Assembly (NCBI GenBank): GCA_958009085.1
Contig: OY253685.1
Span: 496,001 to 560,000, forward strand
Direction of reading: 5' to 3'
Length of the DNA stretch: 64,000 nt
Source: Protoeuglena noctilucae
Taxonomy: Eukaryota
The position numbers and the translations under genes are program-made. Below the pieces are notes generated by a model that saw nothing but the letters and a program-made list of their open reading frames with translations, was not told where the DNA came from and made no database searches. Shown in pieces: positions 1 through 13,000 of the stretch (its first letter is position 1; every line of letters begins with the position of its first letter).

Positions 1-738
1 CCGAAGCCAGGGCAGGAGGGGATGCTGGCTGTGCGCGTGATGCGCATGCTAGAGTCCCAGGTTAGCTGGCGCAATGTGACGTTGACCTATCGCTGTCATG
101 CCAGAAGCCCGCGGGGCTTCAGAGAAGCTGCAGCTGCATCATAGCGTCTGCGCCTCGCTCGCAGGGCTTCGGCAGTGGTCGAATGGTGGTGCTGTCGGAC
201 ATGAGGCTCCCTTCGGAGCAACCGCTAGTCGCCCGCTTCGGGAAGGTCGAGGATTGCACCCCGCAGGCCAGCCCGTCCACGACTGTGACGGACGCGATGG
301 CCGCAGGTGGGCGCTGCGCCTGCTGCGCGTCAAACTGGGTTCAAAAGATCAGCGTTCCTGCTAATGACTGTCTCGTTCCTACCACGCAGCGATGCTCCAC
401 GTCTTCTCGGCGCGGGGTCACCGGGGAGCGCTCGTGGGTCTGCCGGCGTACCGCCCTCCTCTGGACGTGAGCATCGGCAAGCTGGGACTGTCCGACGGCG
501 ACGCCATGAGCGCGTGGAAGGAGGCGGAGCGGGTTTTGAGGAGCAAGCTGCCCACCGTGGACAGGTGAGTGCGAGGCTGCAACATGCGGCATCATGAGTG
601 CGTGCCCGCGACTGCTGTGCAAGGCCTTCGATGCCGCCTGCCCGCAGGCAGCTCCTAACTACCATCCTGCCCTGCCACAAGTGGTTTGCGAGCGCGGGGG
701 ATCAGGCGGGTGTCCGGGACGTGCCTTTCTACCTGTGA
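1..738 (+). CDS. 3' part of a spliced gene, probably proteasome assembly chaperone 1 (PAC1/PSMG1)-like
   Basis: Exons ~1-60, ~165-306, ~390-564 and ~647-738 join in frame across GT-AG introns: ...PSTTVTDAMAAAMLHVFSARGHRGALVGLPAY...AGVRDVPFYL*. The C-terminal F-Y-L fits an HbYX proteasome-docking motif, and the AMAAAML segment recalls PAC1. Family call is from memory only. Confidence 0.4.
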
Positions 739-1077
739 TGCCCCCGCCGATCGACGTTGTGATGGACGTGTCGACAGATGTTGGTGCGTTTCGCTCCCTC
801 CCTTGTCATTGAAGGACTCTCCACGTGTCATGTGCTGCAGCACGACGGAACAGAGACCCTACCGTCGCCAGCCTCGCCGTCAAGCAATTCTTGAGGCTTC
901 CGATACGTGCAGATGTTTCACTTATGCATTATCTATGTCTGCTACCGTCTCTTGTGCCGCGTTATTCCCCCGTGTCCCTCGGGGTTTCGAAACGCCACGC
1001 GCGCTCGCCCTCGTTCCCGGAGCCGCACCGTGCCTCGCCGACCCGCGTGTGGCTTCTGTTCGCGTATTCCCGCCTTC

Positions 1078-4000
1078 ATGCCGCCTTCCAGGGCATCGCC
1101 GGCACCGGGGACGTCCGGCCGGCTCGTTCTCCTGCTGGCCCTCTGCCTGGGCCTCCTGTGCGCCCCCGCCCGGCCCGCCGTCGTGATCGCGAACAGCCAG
1201 CTGCAGACCTGCACGGCCGACGGCTCCGCGGGGGGCCAGGTCACGGGGTGCAAGGAGAAGCTGACGGCGACCGTGGCGGTGGAGAGCGGGGAGACGTTAG
1301 CCACCACGTCCCTGCAGGTGCAGGTGCAGTGCGTGAACCCCGACAAGGGGTCGTGTCCCTGCCAGTGCCAGTACGGCGTCAACGGATGCACATGCAGGTG
1401 AGCTTGACGCTTGTGCCGGGCATGCGTGCGTAGGAGCGGGGCCCACTTGCTTGCTCACCCTTGTAAGCTCAGCCGGCGGGGGCCACAATTGCGTGGGGTT
1501 GCCAGCAACTTGCCTTGACTGTTCCACAGGGACCTGAAGGACTGGCTCACGGTGGAGATATCCAAGGACCCCATAAAGGTTCAATACCCGCTGACGTACA
1601 ACAAGGTGTGTGAAGGGGTTCCCACATCAGGCTGCGTCTGTGCCACACGGGCAGTCAAAGAGAAACACAGCCGCGCCAAAGTGTGGCAGCGTGCCTAAGC
1701 GTCATGCTTAGCGGGCGTGACGTGGCATGTGGGAGAAAACGGCCTCCTTCATTTCATGCAGAGCTACCCCTCTCGCATGTTCGAGGTGTTCAAGCTGACG
1801 GGTACGGGGACGGGCGGCGGGCGCTTCTGCGACGACAGCCCCACCTCTAGTGAGTGCGCCATGACTCAGCCGTCGCCACACTGACAGTGATTCTGCCACT
1901 CTGCCATCAACAGCCCTCTCATGGTACACTAAACCACTTTTAGACGCCGTCAGGACATTTGAAACCCCCCTTGACACCCTCTCTTGTCCCTGCAGGCAGC
2001 CCCACGTGCGGTTGGGCCCACGACGCTCAGGGTCACAACATACCCGACAGTCAGGGATTCTGCTGCACGTGCTCTCTGTCCCAGGGCCTCTCCGAGAGCA
2101 TCGGCATCGGGCCTGGCACACAGAAGGCGAGCATATGTGGTGTGGGGAGTGCAGTCACAAGCAGGCAGCTGCAGGCGCGAAGAGCTGACCTTACGGTGAC
2201 TGTGCGCGCGTCATGGCGTGGCTTGTGCTAAGATACTAAAAGCTGGCACAAACAAAGGTGCATTATTGGCATAGAATGGTGTGTTCATTCGTACATTCGC
2301 TTGCCCTGCAAACGCACTGTGTACGAGTGACCACAACCGACCTGCGACCGTCGTGGTTGCAGAGGGGTGACGTGTCGTGTGGCCTTTTACAGAACGCCCT
2401 GTGGCTGGGGGGCGTGCCAGGCAGCGCCCACTGCCTCGTGTGGGATCAGAAGATGTACAACGGGTACTACATAGGCCAATCGACCCTGGACTTCACCGTT
2501 CATGTCAATGTCAAGACCGACGGCTCCGCACCCACACCAACACCCGGCCCCCAGGCATCGAGTTCGAGCTCGCCGGGACCGGCAGCCGGCAGCGCGACGC
2601 CGGCGTCGCCGAATGCGAGTCCCGGGGCCACTCTGCCGCCGCCGATGACCCCCGCATCGACGGCCGCAGTTAGACGCAGGATGCTCCTGGGCGGCACTAG
2701 TACTACCACTGCTAGCGCCACGCCTGCTGCGGGGTCCACGCCTGCGGCCGGCCCCTCCTCGACCCCCGGCAACCCCGCCAACGCCACCACGTTACTGTGG
2801 GACCTCAGGTGGGGATTGGGTGGAGGGTTGCGGAGTTTGGGGTTGTCAGCCCCAGCCCTTTCCACACCCCCCGCATCTTCCCTCTCTCACACAGCGTGAC
2901 CCCAGCCCTTTCAACACATCCCGCATCTCCCCTCCCTCCCCACGCAGCGTGAGCCCCAGTGCCTCCATCACACACACACACCCACACCCACACACACACT
3001 CCCCACACCTCCCCTGTCCCCACGCAGCGTGAGCCCCAGTGCCTCCATCACGGCCTCCCCCGACGGCACCTTCATCGTAAAGCTCCTGGGCGACCTGTCA
3101 GGCTACACGGACCTGCCCGTGCTGTCAGAGAAGCTGCTGTTGATACCCGCACCGCAGGCGGCGGGCAGCCAGGGCACGGGGGGCAACCCCGTGGTGCAGA
3201 TGATGACCACGGGGATGTGGGACTGGATTCTGGCGGACCAGAACATGGTGTCTGTCGAGTGAGTGAATAGGCGGAGGGGAGGTGGTTCTTGTTGCTTAGT
3301 AGTACTCACTAGTACTGTTTGGTATTCATCACGGTCGTTAAGCCAACTCAGTCGTGTCACGGTCACATCGTGCTGTGTGCTGTGCTGTGTTCTGAGTTGC
3401 GCGTCGAGCATGTCCTGTCAGTTTCAATTCGCTCTCGCACCCGCAGTGGCACCGAGTGCAACAAGATCGGCACCAGTTTCGCGGCATTCCGCGACCAGCC
3501 GGACAGATGCGGCGTTCCCCTGGGCACGTGCCTGTCCAACCAGGTCAGTGACGGTGGCAATCAGCACATGATAAGCCAACAAGGCAAAACGTGAGTGAGT
3601 ACTTAGGTGCAACACACACACACCCCACCACCCCCCACTCGCAGCCAGCCGACGTGTACCACGCCGACCAGGTCCGCCTGGCCAAGTCCCAAGTGCCCCT
3701 CTACCGCCTGCACAAGTACTAGGGATCCTATCCGCAAGACCAGTGGTTCGGCAACACGTGGAACGCCACCAGCCAGGGGTGGTCAATCGTGCTGCCCGTG
3801 CTGGGGAGCCACACCAGCATGGTCTACTTCGAGATGAATGCCGATAACTTGAGGTGAGTGGGATGGGGCATGTGGTGACATTGACTGGATTATCAACAGA
3901 TGAGCGCCGAAAGCTAGAGATGAGTGCGAGTGTATGCAATAAGTGGTGGCGAATGGAGGCCATGCCGTGGGTGGGTCTTTCTCATGCAGTAGCACGATGT

Positions 4001-6515
4001 CAGCGTGGCTCGCATTCACTGTCGTAGCGGAGTTTTTGAGTTGGTTCGTCACCACCTCTACTCCACAACTCAGCATCTCTCTCCCACATTCAACCCCCAC
4101 CCAGATTCGTGACCAACAAGTCCCCCGGCAAGATTGAGTCCGTCTCGGTGTGCCAGTACGGTGGTGTCACCTGCGGGGGATTCGAAGCCATGACGCAGCA
4201 GGGGTACCTGAAGGCCAAAGTGCAGAACACGGGGTCACTGGCGGCGCTCTATCACGTGTCAGTGGTGGACTGCACCCCGGGGATCATGGCCATGCCCGAC
4301 CAGGCGAGTGTGTGAGATGATAGGAAGTGTGGATGGCATGAGCATGATATGTGCAGGGTTTATCGACATGGCCATGCCCGACCAGGCGAGCGACATGGCA
4401 TACAACGATAACAGTGTCGATAGTCCGTAATATAGTACATAATTTACTGTCAACGATCCCAACCTGGTTGCACCCTTACCCCCCCCAGACGCATGCGATT
4501 GATGCCGGTGCTACGTTCGAGTTCTCCTTTGTGATTTACATGACCACGGATGTGGCCAACGCGGGCAACGCCTGCGATGTCATACTCAAGGACGACTTCG
4601 GGAACACCCTCGACATGAAGACGGTGAGATGGTATTGACAAGGGTGGATAATTAGATAGATGTTATGGGTTGGTGTGGATTGAGATGAATGGACAACACC
4701 CTCGACATGAAGACGGTGAGATGGTATTGATAAGGGTGGATAATTAGATAGATGTTATGGGTTGGTGTGGATTGAGATGAATGGACAACACCCTCGACAT
4801 GAAGACGGTGAGATGGTATTAATGGGTGTTGATGTGGGTTGATATGAATGGGCAACACCCTCGACATGAAGACGGCGAGATGAGATTAATAAGGGTGGAT
4901 GTGGAGTGGTAACAATAGTGGGGGCATGGTTGGTGGGCAGTATTGGTGGATATGGGCACTGCCGCCCATGCATCTATGAGTGAACTGTGAGTTCACTTGT
5001 ATGAGAGATGCTTAGCAGTCTCTGCCCCTTTCGTGCTCTGCAGACCAGCTTCTACACCACTGCCACCCAGTACACCAACAGCACCGATTTCAGCGCCAGG
5101 CCGGGCCAGTCGGTGCAGGTGGTGGGGGGGGGAGGCAAGACGTGCAAACAGAAGGCGAGTTTGTTGGGGAGGGGTGGGGGGGGCGAGAGGTGCGATAGAG
5201 AGCTGGGCTTTCTATGTTGCTACAAGATGACTTGCACACCCACGTTACATGCACCAACCCCACACGCTCACGCACCACACACGCACCCGCACCCACACCC
5301 ACACCCATACCCACCCCCACACACCACACACCCACACCCACACACCACCCAACACCCACCCCCACCCTCCCCCACCCGCAGTGCCCTGGCCTGTTCGACA
5401 TCTTCTGCGTCCTGCGCACCGGGTGCTGGCGCAACCTCTTCACCACGCTCATCACGATCGCATTCGTGGTGCTGTTCCTGGTCGCTGTGGTGTTTATGGT
5501 CAGAAAGGGGTGGTGCATCATGCTCATGCCGGTCAAGGGGCGCAAGGGGAAGGGGAAGAAGGTGAGAGGGGGACAGGGTTACTGTTAGCTCTTCCGTGTT
5601 CTCTTTTCGGAGTGACTGACAGCTTCATCTCAGCCGTTTCTGTTATTGCATGCCGCCGCTGCATGTCTCTCCCCTTGTCAGCTCCCACCAACTCCACCAC
5701 TAGTAAACATGGTTCATCTCATTAGTAACAACAACCACCATTGCCCACCCCCCTCCCCCCCGCAGTCCAAAGCAAGGGACCCCAGCCCCACCCCCACCCC
5801 CGACCCGCACCCCACCGCCCCGCCTGCGCCCGCCAAACCCGACCGAGACCAAAACTGGAATCTGACATCCACTCTGGCATGGATGATGGGCAGGAACGCA
5901 CCCGCGAGCAGTGGCCAGCCCAAGCCACACCTGCCGCCCCACCCACCCCATCACGCTCGCCCCACCAGCGCACCCCGCTCTCACGCCGCCAGCCACCGGG
6001 CCCGGCCGGGTGGCGGAAAAGGGCATGGCGCGGGCGGGAATCGACCCCGCGACCGCCGGGCGTCGAGGTATGACCAGGAGGACCCCTGGGGCAGCGACGG
6101 GGGTGGTTACGATAATAACGATGATAACTTTCGCGATAACTATGGTGACTGTGAGGGGGTGGATGAGGTGACGGTGGATATGGGGGATGGATACGGGAGC
6201 GAGGGTGGGAGGAATGGGAGGGATCGGCGGGGTGGGGGGAGGCGGGGGGAGGGCACTGGCACTGGCACCAACACTGGTGTTGCTCTGACACGGACCGCGT
6301 TTCTGGCACTGATGCGGTCGGTAGGGCAAAGCGGTGGTGGGGATGCGGGTAATACTCGGGGTGATAGGGCAGACAGGAGTGGTGGGGGTAGGCATGGGCC
6401 GGGTGGTGGACGTGCTGTGACGAGGGGCCGGCGTGGGGGCACAGCACGAACGGCATACCTGACGGGTCGGGAGGAGCTGCCGCACTCGCGGTGGTCTGCG
6501 GGGGACAGCGTGTGA
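1078..6515 (+). CDS. HAP2: HAP2/GCS1 gamete fusogen (class II fusion protein), about 14 exons
   Basis: Signal peptide (RLVLLLALCLGLLC), VIANSQLQTC...CKEKL, CPCQC...CTCRDL, FCDD...PTCGW...IPDSQGFCCTC, GSAHCL, ECNKIGTSFAAFRDQPDRCGVPLGTCLSNQ, domain III (SPGKIESV...FEAMTQQG), stem CPGLFDIFCVLRTGCW, one TM helix at ~5445-5510, then a basic/Gly-Arg-rich tail ending at 6515. Confidence 0.93.
4603..4885 (+). repeat. Tandem repeat (92, 92, 67 bp spacing) whose unit contains the HAP2 exon end and splice donor
   Basis: aacaccctcgacatgaagacgg(t/c)gagatg occurs at 4603, 4695, 4787 and 4854. Confidence 0.95.
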
Positions 6516-7028
6516 TGGGAAATACTGTGGTAGTTGAAAAGTATTTGGTATCATGAGGCCTGATGATGCGACAAGACCGGGTCTTCTGTTTATCTGTTTA
6601 CATATCTGCGATACCAGCGGTAGCCGTGGGCCAGCTTGCGCCTAAGTCCCGTTTAGCGTTCTGCCACAGTTGCTGGCTGATGCCGCGTTTCTTTTGTTCC
6701 GTTCCACCAGCCTCTTGTGGCCTTATGTGTAGCGTCACCTTTTACACCTTTTCGCTGGGGATAAGGTCCTTTGAAGTAATACGACTTGCATGTTTCAATA
6801 GCAACTGACACGCGCTCCGTGCTGCCGCCACAATATGCGCCAAACCATGACAACCATGCTAGCTCCCTCTTCTGTGCCAAGCAAACCACAGCATCTTACA
6901 GTGGCAATGACACCAGCCACTCTCTCTCTCTCTCACACACACACATAGACAGTCACACGCATCCACCCACACCCTTCCACCACCACCGCCCCACCCCACC
7001 CCACCCCACCACTCCCCCCAAACCCCCC

Positions 7029-10000
7029 TCAGTCATCCTCATCCCCCCCCACATCCATATCCACATCCTCGCTCTCCCCACCCCCCTCCTCCGACCCACT
7101 CCCACTCGAGTCCAACACCACATCCACCTCATCCTCCGTTTCCTCCCCCTCACCGTCCGACACCACATAGCTCTCCATGTACCGACGCGGGCGCTTCGCA
7201 GCACGTTTGCCGCGACCCTTCGCACCCGCACCACCGCCCGCACCCGCACTGCCACCCCCACCCTTGCGCCCCGCCCCACCCCCCGCCTTGCGTGCTCGCG
7301 TGCCCACCCCACCCCCCGCCCTCCTCTTGGTGTCGAACTCCCCATCGCTGTCATCGTCAAAGTCCGCGTCTGGATCGTCTTTATCGACATCGTTATCCGC
7401 CCCCCCCACGTCCACCTCGTCGTCCCACTCCCCCGCCACCACCAACTCTGACGGGTTCGTCTGAAACACCTTGTCGTCGTCCTCCTCCTTGCAAGAACTG
7501 CGAAGATGGGGGGGGGGGGGGGGAGAGGGATAAGGGGATCAATTTAATATTTCGAATTCAATAATATAGCCACGAAAATCATCAGTAAAAAATATGGTTA
7601 AGGACAGTGAATAACAAATTCATCGACAGTATATCCACAATCAATCTCCCCCCCCCCACATCTCGTCTCACCGGTAAATGTCGTCACACACGAACCCCTC
7701 CCTCTCACACCATACACATCAACACACTCTATATCAATTAACAATCACACTATCCAATCACCCCCACATCTCCTCACCGGTAGATATTGTCGCACACGAA
7801 CCTCTCCCTCTCCGCCCTCTCCGCGATCTCCTGCGACACCACGCGCCACTTGCGGCATCGGGTGCACTCGGCCCAGTGATGCCGCACCTCCGCGGCCTCC
7901 CTGCGACGCACGGCCGCCTGCGCGCGGGCCTGGCGCCTGGGGGGGGATGGGGGGGGGATACAGGGGGGTTGGTAAAGGGATTAAGTCAATTGATGGGTCT
8001 GGCGCTTGGGGGGGAGGGGTTGGGGTTAAGGGATCGAATCGGTGCTGTGCTGGGTAAGGGATTAAGTCAAACAGTGGGCCTGGTGCCTTGGGGGGGGGTG
8101 GGGAGGGTGGGGGTGCATGGAAAGGGATTGAGTCGGTGCGAGGTGAGGGATGGAGTAAAAATCCATCCATCCACCCATTGTATCTATGGGAGTAAAACAC
8201 GCTCAGTTGCGCTTCCCACAACCCCACCCACTCTGCTACCCCCACACCCACACCCACACTGCTACCCAAACCCACACCCCCACCCCCACCCCTCACTTGA
8301 GTTCCCCCAGCTGTTCGTCCGTCATCCCCGCGACCCTCTGCTCCTCCTCCTCGGCCTCCCTCCCCAATCGAACAATCTCATCATCTGCGTCAATCATCTC
8401 CCCCACACGAGCACGCACGCGCTCGGCCGCTCGGATGTAGAAGGGGTCACGCAGGGCGCCCCCGCGCTCGGGGTCGTGGTACTGGGAGAAGAGAGGGGGG
8501 CGAGATTGGATTTATTTTAGTTATTATCGTGTATCTATATTAATTGTAACATTCAACTGCAATATTTATATAAAATAAAATAGAATAGTAAGTATGATAT
8601 TTCCATCATTCTCACCTTCTTGGTGTTGCACACCATCTTGTCCCAGTCCTGCAGGAACGCGGCTATGCTGGTGTAGCTGTCGGCCTTCCTGACGCACCTC
8701 CGCCTCATGCTGTCGATCAGCACCCAGTCCTGCTTAGGGACCTTGGACTGCGGGAGCGGGTGAATATGATCATCAGTCGTCATTAGTATATATTATATAC
8801 TATCATATATAATATAATATAATATATTGCAAATTACAAGTACAACGATAGTACCAGTGGTTGGCAGTAACAGTCATATAACAGCCGTACTAATACCAGC
8901 ATCGCAGCGTTCCCAACCACCCTTACAATAACAAACAAGCAATTACAACCACCACCACCACCACCACCACCACCACCATTAACCATTAACCACAATCACA
9001 GTTACTAACCTGGTAATCCTCGATGCTCTTCAGCAGCCCTTCGGACAGGAACCCGGCCACCAGGCTCTCGTGGTACTCGGGAACGGGCGTGCTCAGTTCC
9101 GGATCCGACACCACCCTTTGCAGCAGCGACAGCAGAGCACGATTGAAGGCGTCCCTGGCCGGTCTTGGTACCCCCGCGTCCCTCGCTTTGCGTATTGGGG
9201 CCTGCCTGGCTGGTCGTGACTGGGCTTCCTGCCGCTCCTCGAACTTGCGCTTCCGGACGTCGTGAAATTGACCCTCGGCGTCGGCGTTTTCGTCCTCGGG
9301 GTCCGACTCGCCGGAGGGGGCGGAGGAGGGGGCGGACGAGTCGGAGAGGGAGCGGGCGGCGTCCTGTGTAGGGAGGAGGGGGAAAAGGGTGTGAATTGGA
9401 GTTTGAATGGGGTGGTGGTGGGGGTAGTAGTGGTGGTGCGGGTGGCAGTGGGGGCGGGGGAGTCGGAGAGGGAGCAGGCGGCGTCCTGAATGGTGAAGGG
9501 AGAGGGGTGTCAGTGAATGGGTGTGGGGGTGAGAGTTGTGACGTGAAGGGGGTGGCAGTGAGGGTGACAGTGGGAGTGGGGATGGTGGTGGGGGTGGCAG
9601 TGGGGGTGAGGCCGAGCGCACAGCAACGTTAGCACCAAACAGCCCCTCAACTCCCACCTCTCCGCCTCTACCAACCATCCAAACACACCACAACCACAAA
9701 CCATAGTCACTACCCACCACCACCACACCCCTCACCTCCTCATCGCTCCCCTGCGCCTTGGCCGCCCTCCTCCCCCCCTTCGCCGCCCTCGCCCCCCTCG
9801 CCCCACCCCCACCCTTCGCCGCCGCAGCAGCAGCTTTGACCTCCTTCATCCCCCTTCTCTGCCACTCCATTTCCATGGGATTCAATGGCCTGACGCCCGG
9901 CCTGTCTGGGCCCCACGGCAAAATGCGGATGGCCCCGGTGCGGGGGTCGGGCTTGCGGTTGTCGGGCCAGAAGGCCTGGGGGTGGGGTGGGAATTTGAAA

Positions 10001-13000
10001 TGTAAGTGTCAGGGACTTGAAATGTTAGGGTGAGGGTGTGGGTGTTGTTTAAGTGGGGGCGGGTGTGGCTTCGATCTCGATGGGGTTGGTGATCATTACC
10101 AATGCATACATCAACAATAGTCATTGATAATAACAGTAATAGTAATCACTCCTTCACCTTGATGGCTTCGATCTCGATGGGGTTGGTAATGATGATTACC
10201 AGTGCACATGTCAGTAACAGTAACAATAACAACGATTGCAATAACTACATCTTCACCTTGATGGCTTCGATCTCGATGGGGTTGGTAATGATGATTACCA
10301 GTGCACATGTCAGTAACAGTAACAATAACAACGATTGCAATAACTACATCTTCACCTTGATGGCTTCGATCTCGATGGGGTTGGTGATGATAATCTCCTC
10401 CTCCCTCACCCTCGACTGCCCATCCACCGTCTCACGAATACGCATCAGGCGACGCAGGCGATGGGTGACCTGGGGATGATTAGAGATGGTTGATTATAGT
10501 GTAACAGTTTTATAATAATTACATATGGCAGCATATGTAATTATAATAAAACCATATGCTGCCACATGTAATTACGAGTGATGTTGTGAGTGCGCATGAT
10601 GATAACGCGGCGGAGGCACTGCCTCCACCATCCAAGTCATATCCATGCCACCAATAACGATACTATTAGTAGTAATAATAATTCCTATATCACCACCCAC
10701 CACCCCTCACCTTGGCAGCCGACGCCTCTCCCCTCTTCACCTCCGCCTCCACCATCGCCACATTAATACACTCACCAATTATAGTATTTTTAACACTAAA
10801 CGTAACAAAACTAGTATTATCACTTTCAACTCTCACCTTGGCAGCGGATGCTTCTCTCCTCTTCACCTCCGCCTCCACCATCGCCACCCCCGTGTCTTTC
10901 AGCAGACCCTCCTTTCGCATCGATTCCAGCGCAGCCAATTCCGCCTCCTCCTCTCTCCGCAAACGATCCCCCGCACTCTCACCACCCGCACCCGCACCCG
11001 CACCGCCACCCTTGCCACCCTTGCCATCCCCCGCACTCTTATCGCCCGCACCCGCACCCTTGCCACCCCCGCCCCCACTCCCGCCCGTCTTGCCACCCTC
11101 CTGTCCCTTCCCAGCCCCACTCTCTGCCCCACCCTTGCTCTTCCCACCACCCTGCTTCGCACGCCCACCCCCATCCCCCGCCTTGCCACTCCTTTGATCC
11201 TTCCCACCCCCACTGCCACCTCCCTTACCACCCTTATCTTTGCCCCCTTTCGCAGCCCCCTTTGCTGCCTTATCCACTCCTCCCTTGGCTGTGCTGGTGG
11301 ATGGGGTGGCGCCGCTGGGGGCGGGCTGTGGGGGTGGGGAGGGTGGTGATATGAGATGGCGTGAGAGGTGGAGGGTGATGAGGTGTAATGCAAATGGGAT
11401 GTTGCAATTGTTGGGAACAGCGCACCTGCCCCACCCGCCCCATCACCCATCTCACCATCTTCCCGATCTTCCCCCCACCCACACCAACACCACACCCCCC
11501 ACCTCCCTCTTCCCGCTTATCCCCTCATCAGCACCCACACCCCACCCCATCACCCCCACTCATCCACTCACCCTCTTCCCGCTCACCCCCGATTTCCTCC
11601 CCGTCCGCACCGACGTCCCCCCACTCTGCCCCGCCTCCCCCTCCCCCTCTCCCCCCCCCCTCCTCCCCACCTCCACCTGCCGGCGCCACCCTCAGCGCCG
11701 CCCTCTGCTTTTCAAACACCGCCCGCGCCGCCACCGCGTTGCCCTCCACCCGCTGCCGCGCCGATTTCAAATTCAAACGGAAGTGGGCGGCCTTGGAGGT
11801 GTCCCCCTCCTCGAACCGCAGGTTGTTGATCTCCTTGAGAAAGGCGACCATCTGCCACCGACCGTACTGCAGCACGATGTCCAATGGGACATCGCGGGTG
11901 AAGAGCGACGCTTCCTTGCGCAACAGCTCCCGCAGCTGAGCCATGGATTTGCTGCGGTAGTCGGCCTCAGTACCAGCCACTGCGATATGGGTGAAGTGAG
12001 GAGAGGGGGGGTGAGTGAGTGAGTGACGAGTGAGTGGGTGACCAAACGAGTGTGTGAGAGTGAGTGGGTGGGTGAGTGATGAGTGCGAGTGAGTGAGTGA
12101 GTGAGTGAGAGTGTGACTCAGACCCATCACTCCCACACCCCCACCTCCTCGCCCGACCATCTATCGATCGCACATCATAGACAATCACACCGCACCCCAC
12201 TTCCACACCCCAGCCCACCCCCTCACCCGGCCCCGCCTTGAACCGGGCCGCCGCCCCCCTCAGCGCCTGCTCGTGCGGCACGAACGCGTACCCCAGTCCT
12301 TTTCCGGTGGGGTCGCCGGCGGGATTCGATAGGTCGACCGTGCCCGCGCCCATCCGGGCGTTGACGAAGGCCGAGGTGGTGGACCAGGGCGTCAGCCAGC
12401 AGTAGAGTTTCAAGGCGTCGAGTGCACGCATGGCGCGGTCGTCCTGTGAGGGGGGTGAGGGAGAGAGAGGTGAGAGGTGAGATAGATGGGATGTGAGATG
12501 AGAGGGGTGTGATGTGAGCCAGCAGTAGAGTTTCAAAGCGTCCAACGCACGCATGGCACGATCGTCCTGGGTGTGTGAGAGGGAGGGGTGGTGAGGGTGG
12601 ATGATGTGAGATGGATGGGAGGTGAGGGAGGTGAGAGGTGAGGGAGGGTGATGTGCAGCATTACGACGTGAGAGGGGTTGTTTAGGATGAGGGCCTACCA
12701 GCACCGCTGAAGTACCAAATTATAACATTATCATTATAACATCACACCTATCACCCCCTCACCCCCGGGTACAGCACCGCGATGGTAGTACTACCTATCG
12801 CATGGCATCGTACTACTCGCAACACCACGCCATTGTCATCCACCCCTCACCCCGGGATAGAGCACCGCGATGGTGACAATCACAAGCAATTGGTATTACC
12901 AATCACCTCAATAACCCCACCAATCACTCCTCACCCCGGGATAGAGCACCGCGATGGTCCTCCTCATGGCCTCCAGGTAGCTGGGCTGGTAGTGCTGCAG

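Noticed and set aside
4603..4885. Repeat-spacer appearance resembling a CRISPR array
   Set aside because: The apparent spacers are themselves near-identical (plain tandem duplication), the unit includes an exon end, the context is eukaryotic and there are no cas genes.
7970..8135. gggattaag/ggggttaag motifs as interstitial telomeric repeats
   Set aside because: Not tandem; they are part of a degenerate junction-duplication unit in a TAF1 intron.
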